Origin: an uncultured bacterium | GTDB lineage: Bacteria; Patescibacteriota; JACMRA01 | Length of the DNA stretch: 64,000 bases | Assembly (NCBI GenBank): GCA_963704645.1 | Contig: OY969926.1 | Location: forward strand, 512,001 to 576,000 | Reading direction: 5' to 3' | In this document: piece after piece, positions 10,115-19,556 of the stretch | How the letters are laid out: each line of letters starts with the position of its first letter | How positions within the stretch are numbered: the stretch's first letter is position 1 | The notes under the pieces: model-generated | The model's input: the letters and a program-made list of their open reading frames with translations, nothing else | Told to the model about the DNA's origin: nothing | Databases searched by the model: none | Program-made: the position numbers and the translations under genes

Positions 10115-12676
10115 CTAATTATCTCTACTCCTAAACCAAATTAGCTTATCTGTGCCTACTGTTGTTCCATAAAGTTTGCCACCAAAAATGAAACTGTTTG
10201 GCTTAGCCAAGGTTGTAATTCCACTGTTTTCTAGCCAGCTACTCCAAGTTGTTCCGTTGGTTGAACTTCTTGTATAAAGCTTTGTATCTGTTCCACGGGT
10301 AGTTTGGAAAAGCTTACTGTTATAAACAATAACGTCGGGTGCATTTACAATATTAATTCCATTACCTTCCTGCCAAACACTCCAAACAACACCATCGGTA
10401 GAACTTCTGGTATAAAGTCTTCCGTCTGTACCAATTGTTACCTGGTAGATTTTAGATGAAAAAACTGTTGTGGTTGGTTTGGCTGAAATTGTTATGGCAT
10501 TTCCTTCCTGCCAAATACTCCAAACAACACCATCGGTAGAACTTCTTGTATAAAGTTTGTTATCTGAACCTCTGGCTGTCTGGTATAATTTTGAACTAAA
10601 AACTGCTAGGGAAGGTGTATTTTTTAATGTAATTCCAGCTCCTTCCTGCCAAACACTCCAAGTTGTACCATTTGAAGAGCTTCTGGTGTACATTCTGTTG
10701 TCCGTTCCAAATCCTGTTTGATATAATTTTGTATTAAAAACTATCATTTCTGGAGCATCTTTCAAAGTTATTCCAGCTCCTTCCTGCCAAACACTCCAAA
10801 CAATACCATCCGTAGAACTTCTAGTATAAAGTTTAGTATCCGATCCATAGGCAACTTGGTATAGTTTACCACTAAACTCAACCATTTTAGGAGTATCTTT
10901 CAAAGTTATTCCATTACCTTCCTGCCAAATTCCCCAGTTAAAAATATCTGTTGTTGAACGGGTGTATAGTTTGGTGTCATTTCCCATTATGCTTTGATAT
11001 AGTTTGTTATCTACACTAAAATTAATTTGTTCAGTTGGTTTTTCGGTAGTGGCGTTATTGCTTATTTGGTTCCAGTTTCGCCACATATTTGTTAATATCT
11101 GATCAGTTTTAGGAATGCCCCAGCCAGTGTTTACGTCGTAACCAGCACTTCCTAGATCGGTAGAATTTTCTTGAAGAATTTGCATTACATTACTAAAACT
11201 TAAACCAGGATCTAAACTTTTTAATAAGCCAATTACCGATACAAGTTGAGGAGCTGAGAAAGAAGTTCCAAACCATGTAGAGTCTGCTCCTAAAGCTTTG
11301 TTATTACATGGGTCAAAGTAATCTGGGTTTTGTGCAGCGCCGGGTGTGGGATTAAAACTTACAGCGTAAACTTTTCCACATTGTCCGTAAGCTCCTTCAG
11401 GTGAAGATGACCCTGTTCCACCACCTACAGGCATAACAAAATCTAAATAATTTCCAAAGCTTGAATAGCTAGACCTGGTAGTTGTGTTGGCAGCTGCACT
11501 AAAATTTGATGCTCCAACAGCAATTACACTATTTAAAGCAGCTGGATATATAAGTGGGTTTAATGTGTTTGGCAAGCTTGGGTCGCCAAAACAAACTCTT
11601 GTTGATACATCTCCACAATTTCCAGATGCAGCTACAGGTACAACACCCTTAGAAATAGCCCTGTTTAAAGAAGATCCTATAAGTCCGTAAACATCTTCCG
11701 AGCTTCCTAAAGAAAGGTTTATGGCTGCCACACCTTGATCTGTTGCATAATCTATTGCCTTAGAAATATAGTAAGTATTTAGGCTTTGGCCGTGTAATGC
11801 AATTGGCAATAAAGTTAAATTATAGCCTAAAGCTACACCCCCAGAAGTGTTATTTCCTGCAATAATTTGTTGTGCCACAATGCTTCCGTGCCCAACTTCA
11901 TCAAATTGGCTTCCAATACGCTTACAAAAAACTATGAAGTTGTCATTACTGTCTTGTAATGTAGTATCAAAATCACCAATATTATCGCATGTATTATCAT
12001 TTCTAGTGTAATATCTTACGCTGTTGGCAGTATCAATATTAGTATTAGCAAACTCTGGAACCTCCGTTGTGTTCGTGTTTACTCCACTGTCTATAACTGC
12101 TATTTTTGTTGAAGAAATTCCGCCGCACTGTTTGTTAACACCTGTGCTGTCACAACCAGATAAACCTAATCTAGCTTGCATAGCATCCCAAGCCGCAGGT
12201 GCGTTAACTGTACTAGGTCCAGCTTGCAAATACCATTGGTCTACAGAATTAAACTTAGGGTTTGCGGTTGGGTTGTATAGTAGTTTATACTTAAAATTAG
12301 GCTGAACAATTTCAACCGTAGGGTCTAATAAAGCAGTTTTTAAAGCAGTTTTTAAATTATCAATATTGTTAAAAGAAACTATAGAAGTTTGGGAGTTTTC
12401 AGACCTATAGCTGCTTATATTTTGCAATTGAACTTTGTTTAAATTAAGTTTTTGAATACTGTTTTGATTACTAAAACCTTCTTTATTCTTAATAATTAAA
12501 CCCAAACCAGAAAGTTTTTCTGGGTTCTGAGTCATTTTATTCGCTAAAATATTTACAGTGTCACTGCTATTGGCTAAAGTGGCTGAAACTTGGTTGGATT
12601 GGGCACTAACACTGCTTGTAAACAGTAGTGAGACTGCTAGTGATAGAGTAAAAAACAATTTAATGTTGGAATTCAT
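10115..12676 (-). CDS. Secreted S8 subtilisin-like protease with C-terminal Trp-rich ~46-aa repeats
   Basis: Signal peptide; triad VIDSG / GHGS / GTSFSAP; repeats G.D.KLYTRSS.DG..W..WQEG.GIT; ATG at 12676 follows TTGACA-N17-TACTAT. Confidence 0.88.
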   Translation of the reverse strand: MNSNIKLFFTLSLAVSLLFTSSVSAQSNQVSATLANSSDTVNILANKMTQNPEKLSGLGLIIKNKEGFSNQNSIQKLNLNKVQLQNISSYRSENSQTSIVSFNNIDNLKTALKTALLDPTVEIVQPNFKYKLLYNPTANPKFNSVDQWYLQAGPSTVNAPAAWDAMQARLGLSGCDSTGVNKQCGGISSTKIAVIDSGVNTNTTEVPEFANTNIDTANSVRYYTRNDNTCDNIGDFDTTLQDSNDNFIVFCKRIGSQFDEVGHGSIVAQQIIAGNNTSGGVALGYNLTLLPIALHGQSLNTYYISKAIDYATDQGVAAINLSLGSSEDVYGLIGSSLNRAISKGVVPVAASGNCGDVSTRVCFGDPSLPNTLNPLIYPAALNSVIAVGASNFSAAANTTTRSSYSSFGNYLDFVMPVGGGTGSSSPEGAYGQCGKVYAVSFNPTPGAAQNPDYFDPCNNKALGADSTWFGTSFSAPQLVSVIGLLKSLDPGLSFSNVMQILQENSTDLGSAGYDVNTGWGIPKTDQILTNMWRNWNQISNNATTEKPTEQINFSVDNKLYQSIMGNDTKLYTRSTTDIFNWGIWQEGNGITLKDTPKMVEFSGKLYQVAYGSDTKLYTRSSTDGIVWSVWQEGAGITLKDAPEMIVFNTKLYQTGFGTDNRMYTRSSSNGTTWSVWQEGAGITLKNTPSLAVFSSKLYQTARGSDNKLYTRSSTDGVVWSIWQEGNAITISAKPTTTVFSSKIYQVTIGTDGRLYTRSSTDGVVWSVWQEGNGINIVNAPDVIVYNSKLFQTTRGTDTKLYTRSSTNGTTWSSWLENSGITTLAKPNSFIFGGKLYGTTVGTDKLIWFRSRDN

Positions 12677-13008
12677 AATTGAATTTATAGTACAATAAGC
12701 CACTGGTCATGTCAATTTGAAAATTCAATACCAGATATCAACAATTATTTTAACTTGTTAGTTATTATGACAACCAGGAATAGGGGGTGGCCACTCCAAC
12801 ACGCACATATTACTTTGGGAAATAATAATTGCGATCATAATAAGTTTTCTAAACTATTATCCATAATTAAAACTAGCCTTTCATTAATTTGGAAGGTTTT
12901 TCATTTGTATCAGATAAGCGACTATAAAGTCATCTTTAGAACATCAAACTACTTCATCAAATAGATACTTTTGGGCTGGTGCGTGTTGCTATGGTATAAT
13001 TACAATTT

Positions 13009-13692
13009 TTAACCCAACAAAACACTAGCGGGCTGAACAACTTGACCGTCAATTTTATAACCCAAACCTGCAATTTTAGAAACTTTTGGATTTTCTTCAG
13101 AATCTGGGGCTACGTCTAAGGCTGACATAGTTTCAGGATTGAAATCATCTTGGGGTTTTGGTGAAATAATTTCTATGCCAGCTAAGTTTAAATCGTTAAT
13201 TACTTTTCCGAAGCTATTTTCTAAAGTAGCAATAAAACTTTTAATTTTAATATCATCAGATTGAGGGGCGAAAGAAAAAGCCAAGTTTAAAGTGTTTAAA
13301 AATACAATTAAATGTGAAGCCACAGTTTTCTTTCCAGATTTTTTTGCTCCTGCTAAATCAAGCTCTTGCTGCTTTTGCAAATTAGCAATTTCAGCCGAAA
13401 GCCTGGCTGTTCTTTGCTGCCAATCTTTTACTTCGGCTTTTAAGCTCTGAATTTTTACTTCTGTTTCAATTTCCTGAAAATTGCTAGAATCATTTTCTCC
13501 ATTACTGGAATTGCTACTTTCACTAGAAGTGTCCTGAGTACTAATTTCTTCATTTTGATTTAAATTTTCTTGAGAAATGGAACTAATATTTTCATTTGAA
13601 TCTTCATTCTGATCTAAATTAGAATTCAAGTTACTTTTTCCAGCTTTTCCACTGCGTTTCTTTAAAGAATCTAGTTTATCACTTTGGGACAT
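13009..13692 (-). CDS. grpE: Nucleotide exchange factor GrpE
   Basis: Coiled coil R..AE..N; FNPETMSA; GYKIDGQVVQPASV. Confidence 0.88.
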   Translation of the reverse strand: MSQSDKLDSLKKRSGKAGKSNLNSNLDQNEDSNENISSISQENLNQNEEISTQDTSSESSNSSNGENDSSNFQEIETEVKIQSLKAEVKDWQQRTARLSAEIANLQKQQELDLAGAKKSGKKTVASHLIVFLNTLNLAFSFAPQSDDIKIKSFIATLENSFGKVINDLNLAGIEIISPKPQDDFNPETMSALDVAPDSEENPKVSKIAGLGYKIDGQVVQPASVLLG

Positions 13693-13779
13693 ACATTAAT
13701 TTTATAAGAATATTCCTTTTTGGTGTCAATTTTAAAATGTTTTTAGTTTTTGTTTTAATACTTTTAAAAAGTAAATTGT

Positions 13780-13854
13780 TGGAGCGGGATAGGGGAATCG
13801 AACCCCTCTCATCAGCTTGGAAAGCTGAGGTAATAACCACTATACAAATCCCGC
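13780..13854 (-). tRNA. tRNA-Gly(TCC)
   Basis: Acceptor GCGGGAT/ATCCCGC-T-CCA, anticodon loop TT-TCC-AA, T-loop TTCGATT. Confidence 0.96.
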
Positions 13855-13970
13855 CCAGGTGTACCACTTCATTACTAGTCACTCGTGAACTTTATCCTGT
13901 GGTTAGGCCAATGATAAGATTTCGCGTGGTTAGACTAGCCAATCTGGAAGAAAGCTAGATGCGGTCCTGG
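13855..13970. ncRNA. Candidate structured ncRNA of unknown class
   Basis: GC-richer 116-nt segment closed by CCAGG/CCTGG with nested stems CTAGTC/GACTAG, CGTGAA/TTCGCG, TTTATC/GATAAG. Confidence 0.45.
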
Positions 13971-14078
13971 AGCCGATTTATGAAATTTAATTTTAATTAT
14001 TACTAATTAATTTAGCAATCATAAGGTAGCTACATTTCATACATATTCTGTAAGCTTATAGAAAAACTGGTTGTTTTA

Positions 14079-14164
14079 TGGTCCGGAGTCAAAGATTTGA
14101 ACTTTGGTAGGGAAAACCCGACAGATTTACAGTCTGCTGCCATTGACCGCTCGGCCAACTCCGG
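14079..14164 (-). tRNA. tRNA-Tyr(GTA) with C1-G72 pair
   Basis: CCGGAGT...ACTCCGG-A-CCA; anticodon arm GCAGA-CTGTAAA-TCTGT; short variable stem GGG-TTTT-CCC. Confidence 0.95.
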
Positions 14165-14286
14165 TTAGAACCAGCTAATCCATAAGATCATATAATGCTA
14201 AAAATTTTAATTGTTTGTCAAGGGTAAGGTAAGTGCTTTAAATTTTCCAAAATACAATTTGTTAGTTATAATGAAGTAAAAATAAG

Positions 14287-14991
14287 ATGTCTCTGCAAAT
14301 TTTACAAGTTAAACCTCCAACAGCCGAAGCGCTAAGAATTGCTGCAGAAAAAAAGTCGCAAACCTCGCAAAACGAAAATACCCAAGCAGAGCGTGTTAAG
14401 GAGATCAAGGAAGTTCTAAGTTCATATATCAGACTTTCTGAATATTTAGATGGAGTGTTTGATTCAAAAATGCCAACCACTAATGAAGACAAATATTCAT
14501 TTCTAAAAAACATTTTATCCTCAAGTATGTTTTTTGATTCAAAATTTAAAAAATATCAGCTTAATCACAAAGGACTTATTTTAGATGCTTTTGAAAACAA
14601 TAGTATCTTTTCTAAAGAGGAAATTAAGGAAGTTTTTGTTCTACTTGATGAAATGATTATATCTCAAAAGGAGCTCGGCTATACAGCCGAATTAAAAAGA
14701 AAGTTGCTAGACATGCCTAATCCTACACTAAGTTTTACGCAGCATATACTTTTAGGAATTTTATTTGTTGGATCTATAGACGCAGGAACTAGAAATGAAC
14801 ACCAATTCAATGATAGAACAGCATTAATTGAATCGAACGGTAGAAATTTTAGATTTGGAAGCCAACATATCACTGGACACAACCAGCCTGGTGAAAACGG
14901 TGTAAAGCAACCACACACACATCTAGAATTTTATGTGGATAGAGGTAATGAGAAGAAAGAATCTTTTTCCTTGCACGTTTTAATAAAATAG
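14287..14991 (+). CDS. Hypothetical protein with His-rich C-terminal domain
   Basis: 234-aa ORF; C-terminal HITGH...PHTH. Confidence 0.55.
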   Translation: MSLQILQVKPPTAEALRIAAEKKSQTSQNENTQAERVKEIKEVLSSYIRLSEYLDGVFDSKMPTTNEDKYSFLKNILSSSMFFDSKFKKYQLNHKGLILDAFENNSIFSKEEIKEVFVLLDEMIISQKELGYTAELKRKLLDMPNPTLSFTQHILLGILFVGSIDAGTRNEHQFNDRTALIESNGRNFRFGSQHITGHNQPGENGVKQPHTHLEFYVDRGNEKKESFSLHVLIK

Positions 14992-15027
14992 GTATTGGTA
15001 TTAAAGGAACTAAAATAAAGTGTTAAT

Positions 15028-15279
15028 ATGACAGAACAACAGAATAATTTGATGAGGTTAATTACAGTCAACTTAGATCTTGATATTAAGGTAATTAAGC
15101 TCGATTCAAATATTAGTAAGATATTTGTTAAGTCGGGACTAGAAGAGCAAGTTTTGGTTGTTTATTATAAAAATGCTGATATTAAGGAAATGTTTTGCAG
15201 CAATATTTTATCAGTCTGTAATGATATAATTGATGTCTTAAATTTAAGTGCATCAGATTTAAAAGTTGAACTTGAATAA
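15028..15279 (+). CDS. Small hypothetical protein
   Basis: 83-aa ATG ORF directly after 14287..14991. Confidence 0.5.
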   Translation: MTEQQNNLMRLITVNLDLDIKVIKLDSNISKIFVKSGLEEQVLVVYYKNADIKEMFCSNILSVCNDIIDVLNLSASDLKVELE

Positions 15280-15302
15280 ACATTTTCGCAAAAACTAAAA
15301 AT

Positions 15303-15330
15303 GCCCATTTCCAGGTTAGGATTGGGCATT
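15303..15330 (-). terminator. Repeated terminator-like hairpin, copy 1
   Basis: GCCCA...TGGGC stem with A/T tracts; 27/28 identical to 15802..15829. Confidence 0.6.
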
Positions 15331-15346
15331 ATTTTTTTTGGTCAGT

Positions 15347-15742
15347 TTATTGTAAAAGAACAATTTTAAACCTTACTTTTTCAATATATTCTGTTGTGGT
15401 AAACTGTAGAATATAAGTTTCATCTTGTGAAATTACACAAAGCGGATAATCCACTATAATAGTAAACTCAATATCATCCCAGGCACTTATATTTGTTAGC
15501 TCTAAATAATATACAAAGGTGTTTGAAATGTTATCTTTTCTAAAATAAATTTTTACTCCAAAGTGTGTTATAATTTCGTCTTCCAGTTCAATTTCGTAAA
15601 CTTGGCTTACACAACTTGCACTGCTTAATTGATCCAACTTTAACTCATAATTTATTAAACCACTTAAAACAACAAAACTGTAAATAAAACATTCAGCAAC
15701 GTTTAGCAAACCTAAGTCGCCCATTTTGTAAACCTGTAACAA
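15347..15742 (-). CDS. Orphan hypothetical protein
   Basis: 131-aa ORF followed by the repeated hairpin; start uncertain. Confidence 0.45.
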   Translation of the reverse strand: MLQVYKMGDLGLLNVAECFIYSFVVLSGLINYELKLDQLSSASCVSQVYEIELEDEIITHFGVKIYFRKDNISNTFVYYLELTNISAWDDIEFTIIVDYPLCVISQDETYILQFTTTEYIEKVRFKIVLLQ

Positions 15743-15801
15743 CTAATTTTGAAATAAAATGTTTTAAATTATTTGGTCAAAATATTTTTGAAATTAAAAA
15801 A

Positions 15802-15829
15802 GCCCAGTTCCAGGTTAGGATTGGGCATT
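15802..15829 (-). terminator. Repeated terminator-like hairpin, copy 2
   Basis: Near-identical to 15303..15330. Confidence 0.6.
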
Positions 15830-15846
15830 TATTTATTTATTTATTT

Positions 15847-16140
15847 TTAAATATTTTCCACTGATAATAATGCTATTGCTATATATTCTTTGGAGTATCC
15901 ATTGAATTTCTCTTGCACAATAGTATAACCTAATATTTTAAATGTGATATTGTAAGTTCCAAAAATTTTACCAAATCTATACCCTATAAGAGCATCGCAA
16001 AAGAAAACAGTTTGGTTTTTTGGAAGATTAAGCACATGTTCTGTAAATAAGGAAGGCTCGAAGCTGCCGTAATAGCTATGAGTTTCCGATGTGTATGCCA
16101 GCAAGGCCTTGGCACTATATACTTTATCTGTATCAAACAT
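15847..16140 (-). CDS. Orphan hypothetical protein
   Basis: 97-aa ATG ORF followed by the repeated hairpin. Confidence 0.5.
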   Translation of the reverse strand: MFDTDKVYSAKALLAYTSETHSYYGSFEPSLFTEHVLNLPKNQTVFFCDALIGYRFGKIFGTYNITFKILGYTIVQEKFNGYSKEYIAIALLSVENI

Positions 16141-16270
16141 TAATTTATTCTACTGATGAAGACTATTTACTATTAGCACACTTTTAAACTTATTTCAAGT
16201 ACAGTTACCAAGTCATCCAGCAGCCTTGACATTTCTTCCCTTCACATCAAGCATTATTAAACAATATACT

Positions 16271-16909
16271 ATGTCTAACCCAAATTTAAACCACCCAGTT
16301 ATTAAAGGTATTCGCTACCAAAGAACTTTTTGTATGATTAAACCAGATGGTGTAGCCAGAGGTTTAGTTGGAGAAATTATTAGAAGAATTGAAAATGCTG
16401 GATTGAAAGTTGTAGCCATGAAAATGCAAACACCTTCTGAAGAATTGGTAAAGAAGCATGTTCCTTTTGAAAACGCAGCTTGGGTTTCAAGATTAGGTGA
16501 CAAAAGTTTTAGCGGTTTTGAACCATTAAACCTAAACCCAGTAGAATTTTTGGGAACAGATGATAAGGCAGTAATTGGTAAAAATGTAGCCGATAACTTG
16601 GTTAAGTTCCTTTGTTCCGGCCCTGTAGTAGCTATGGTTGTTGAAGGTGTTCAAGCTATAGATATGATTAGAAAGTTAGCAGGACACACACTTCCTTTCA
16701 AAGCCGAAATGGGAACAATTAGAGGAGACTTTTCAGTAGATTCTCCTTCCATTGCCAACGTAGAAGGTAGAGCAATTCATAACTTATTCCACGCCAGTGA
16801 AACATTAGAAGAAGCAACAAACGAAATTGGCCTATGGTTCCCAGAAGCATCTGACCAACAAAGCTATTCCAGAACTGACGAAGACACAATGTACAGCAAG
16901 AATTATTAA
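16271..16909 (+). CDS. ndk: Nucleoside diphosphate kinase
   Basis: RTFCMIKPDGV, SGPVVAMV, GTIRGDF, NLFHAS; the track's TTG at 16226 is the -35 box. Confidence 0.95.
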   Translation: MSNPNLNHPVIKGIRYQRTFCMIKPDGVARGLVGEIIRRIENAGLKVVAMKMQTPSEELVKKHVPFENAAWVSRLGDKSFSGFEPLNLNPVEFLGTDDKAVIGKNVADNLVKFLCSGPVVAMVVEGVQAIDMIRKLAGHTLPFKAEMGTIRGDFSVDSPSIANVEGRAIHNLFHASETLEEATNEIGLWFPEASDQQSYSRTDEDTMYSKNY

Positions 16910-16913
16910 GAAT

Positions 16914-16936
16914 GTAGGGGAAGAATTTATCCTCCC
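16914..16936 (+). repeat. Degenerate GTAG-type REP
   Basis: GTAGGGGAAG...CCTCCC just after the ndk stop. Confidence 0.4.
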
Positions 16937-17031
16937 AGCTTAATAAAACATAGAAGGGGGGGTTATCCCTCCTTTTTTGTTGCATAATTTATTCCTCAAA
17001 TTAAATTGTTTGTATTATTTATAACATGTGA

Positions 17032-17055
17032 TGGCGACACAGTGGTGGTCGCTAC
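17032..17055 (-). repeat. GTAG-type REP
   Basis: Reverse complement GTAGCGACCACCACTGTGTCGCCA. Confidence 0.55.
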
Positions 17056-17100
17056 GGATTACCAATTGACATTATCTTACTTAAATAATAATCTTACTAT

Positions 17101-17358
17101 ATGTCATATACTACTACTGTTTCCAGTAAGGGGCAAGTTGTTATTCCTGAAGAAATAAGGAAGATATTGTCTATTAAACCCGGTTTAAAATTTAATTTAA
17201 CTATTCAAGATGGTAAAATTGTTATGGAGATAGATGATTATGAATTAAAAATGAAAAATTTTAGAGATAAAATAAAGAAACACATGGAAGATAATAATAT
17301 TGGCCCTGTGTCTAATGCGGATATAAAAAAAGCTAGAGAAGATACATGGTCAACGTAA
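17101..17358 (+). CDS. AbrB/MazE/SpoVT-family antitoxin (VapB-like)
   Basis: TVSSKGQVVIPEEIRKILSIKPG. Confidence 0.9.
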   Translation: MSYTTTVSSKGQVVIPEEIRKILSIKPGLKFNLTIQDGKIVMEIDDYELKMKNFRDKIKKHMEDNNIGPVSNADIKKAREDTWST

Positions 17359-17765
17359 TTGAAGGCTTACCGTTTTGTAGCATAGATACAAATGTATTGT
17401 TAAGATTTATTATTGGAGATGTTCCGAAGCATTTTGAACTAGTTAACAAAATATTAGAAAACCCCAATTTAAGAAAAATTTATATAAATGATCTTGCTAT
17501 TGTAGAAATGGTTTGGGTGATGGAGAAAGTTTATAAAATTGATCGTTACACTATTGTTACTGGTGTGGAGAATATACTCTCATATCCAAAATTTATAGTA
17601 AATAGAATTCTTTTTAAGGATATTGCTCCACTGTACTTATGTAACTCAAAGTTATCGTTTGCCGATTGTTACTTGGCTATAAGTGCTGAAAACCATACTA
17701 CAAGTTTACTTACTTTTGATAAAGATTTAGCTAAAAATGTTGAATCTGCTGTGCTTGTTGGGTAG
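17346..17765 (+). CDS. PIN-domain toxin (VapC-like)
   Basis: IDTNVLLR, E..WV, SFADC, LLTFDKDL; overlaps the antitoxin stop. Confidence 0.9.
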   Translation: MVNVIEGLPFCSIDTNVLLRFIIGDVPKHFELVNKILENPNLRKIYINDLAIVEMVWVMEKVYKIDRYTIVTGVENILSYPKFIVNRILFKDIAPLYLCNSKLSFADCYLAISAENHTTSLLTFDKDLAKNVESAVLVG

Positions 17766-18276
17766 GGGGAAGGAAGTGTTAAAACCCTTGACAAAAGCCT
17801 ATTTTTGGGGAATAAAGGGTGTATAGTTGCGTGTTAAATTATTGTTTTTAGGAGTTATGATTATGATATTTGCGTATCTAACGTTGATTTTTACGATTTT
17901 TGTATTAATGGAGTCGCTATTATATAGCCATTGGGTTAAGATTACGACTGGTACAAATCGAATTTTAAAATTTAATTTGCAGTCTATATTTTATGAAGCT
18001 ACTTTTATTTTTAAAAGATATTCAGAACTAAACTTTGGTTTTATAAGACTTTTTCAAGTTCGCAAACATTACCATTATTATTGTAATCGCCCAAGGCCAA
18101 TTAATACGTCTGCTGATTGTCTATTGTACATGCCTCAGATTAACTTTGATTTGGCAGAAAGGTGTTGATAAAAACTACATGATTTCAAAATGCCCCCAAG
18201 GTTGTCCAAGGGTGGTATTTTTTGTCTTAAAATTGTTTTTCGAATCAAGGCATTTGTTTTATTTACAAAGTGCAAT

Positions 18277-18298
18277 GGCGAGATGGGCTCGCCGCTAC
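18277..18298 (-). repeat. GTAG-type REP
   Basis: Reverse complement GTAGC-GGCGAG-CCCAT-CTCGCC. Confidence 0.65.
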
Positions 18299-18335
18299 TG
18301 TTGCCAAAATGCATCTCGCTAATTACAACTAAATT

Positions 18336-19349
18336 ATGAACTCGGAACTTCTTCCTAAGGCTGTTAAAAATATTCAAGATATCCTAAATTTATCTATAGA
18401 GTTTGATTCAACAAAAAACCAAGCTTTAGTAATTTATGACAATCAAGATGAATTAACTAAATTACTAACAAGTGCCTATAGGCAGGTTTTACCAGAGGCA
18501 AAGTTTGTGAATTTTGATGATGTTTCAAAAGAAGAAATTATTGCAGAATTTGATAATCTTTCGCCTAAAGATTTGGTTGTTTTGGTTCAATCAGCCAGTT
18601 TTAGGCTTGATGATTTTAGAATTAGAATATATTTATTCCAACAGAAATTAAAAACTATAGAGCATGTTCATCTTTATCGTAATAATAAAGACGTATGGGA
18701 TGTTTACATCAACTCTCTTGCTTATGATCAAAATTATTACAGAAGCCATGGCCTAGGTTTGCAAAAAAAATTATCAAAGAGCTCAGTTTTAAAAATAAAG
18801 TCTGGCGAAACTGAACTGGTTGTTAGCGGAAATTTAGAAATGCCGAAACTAAACATTGGCGATTATTCTGAAATGGATAATGTGGGTGGAACTTTTCCTA
18901 TTGGTGAAGTTTTTACAGAAGCTGTAGATTTAGAAAATATGAATGGCAGTTTTATGGTTTACGCTTTTGCAAATCAGAAGTTTGAAATTATTACACCAGA
19001 AAAATTTAGAGTAGATATTACTAAAGGTTTAGTAACTGGCTGGTCTGATAATGCTCCGAAAGAATTTCTATCTGTTCTTGAGGCTATAAAAGAATTAGAA
19101 AGACCTGTAATTAGAGAAATTGGTTTTGGTTTGAACAGGGCAATTTCTAAAACCAGAATTATTGGAGATATAACCGCTTTTGAAAGAATTGTTGGTGTCC
19201 ATTTATCTTTGGGTGAAAAGCATACAGTATACAAAAAACAAGGAATACAAGCCCATAAAGCTAGATTTCATGTAGATTTCTTTTTACAGGTAGAAAAAGT
19301 TGAGGTTGACGATGAAATAATTTTTGATGGAGAAAAGTATTTTGTTTAG
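18336..19349 (+). CDS. M29-like (thermophilic metallo-aminopeptidase fold) protein
   Basis: FPIGEVFT, REIGFGLN, ERIVGVHLSLG, HVDF. Confidence 0.7.
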   Translation: MNSELLPKAVKNIQDILNLSIEFDSTKNQALVIYDNQDELTKLLTSAYRQVLPEAKFVNFDDVSKEEIIAEFDNLSPKDLVVLVQSASFRLDDFRIRIYLFQQKLKTIEHVHLYRNNKDVWDVYINSLAYDQNYYRSHGLGLQKKLSKSSVLKIKSGETELVVSGNLEMPKLNIGDYSEMDNVGGTFPIGEVFTEAVDLENMNGSFMVYAFANQKFEIITPEKFRVDITKGLVTGWSDNAPKEFLSVLEAIKELERPVIREIGFGLNRAISKTRIIGDITAFERIVGVHLSLGEKHTVYKKQGIQAHKARFHVDFFLQVEKVEVDDEIIFDGEKYFV

Positions 19350-19556
19350 AAAATTCCAGCTAATCGTAGCTCATGATAGTTTTGTAAAAGAGTATGCTTA
19401 TTGTGCAATTGTCAGTAAACATTCACTCCTAAAATTAATCTAGTAAGAAGTCTAAGAGGCTAGTTTATAGAAAAGCTTCTAACACTACGGATAAAGTACA
19501 TTTTACTGTTTGGGCTATATCGGCTTAAATTAGTAAAAGCTTTAATAACAAATCTA

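Noticed and set aside
10130-11000. CRISPR array
   Set aside because: The 138-bp periodic repeats are in-frame protein repeats without unique spacers, and no cas genes are present
12797-12988. MITE bounded by CAACACGCAC/GTGCGTGTTG
   Set aside because: Only a 10-bp inverted repeat, with no target duplication and no second copy in the window
13855-13970. 5S rRNA, SRP RNA or tmRNA
   Set aside because: Length fits 5S but the terminal stem order and the conserved CCGAAC loop do not; TCTGGAAGAAAGC only loosely resembles SRP helix 8; no tRNA-like tmRNA ends
17827-18168. 113-aa ORF and the many short antisense ORFs in the track
   Set aside because: No recognisable motifs; most overlap confident genes on the opposite strand or in another frame
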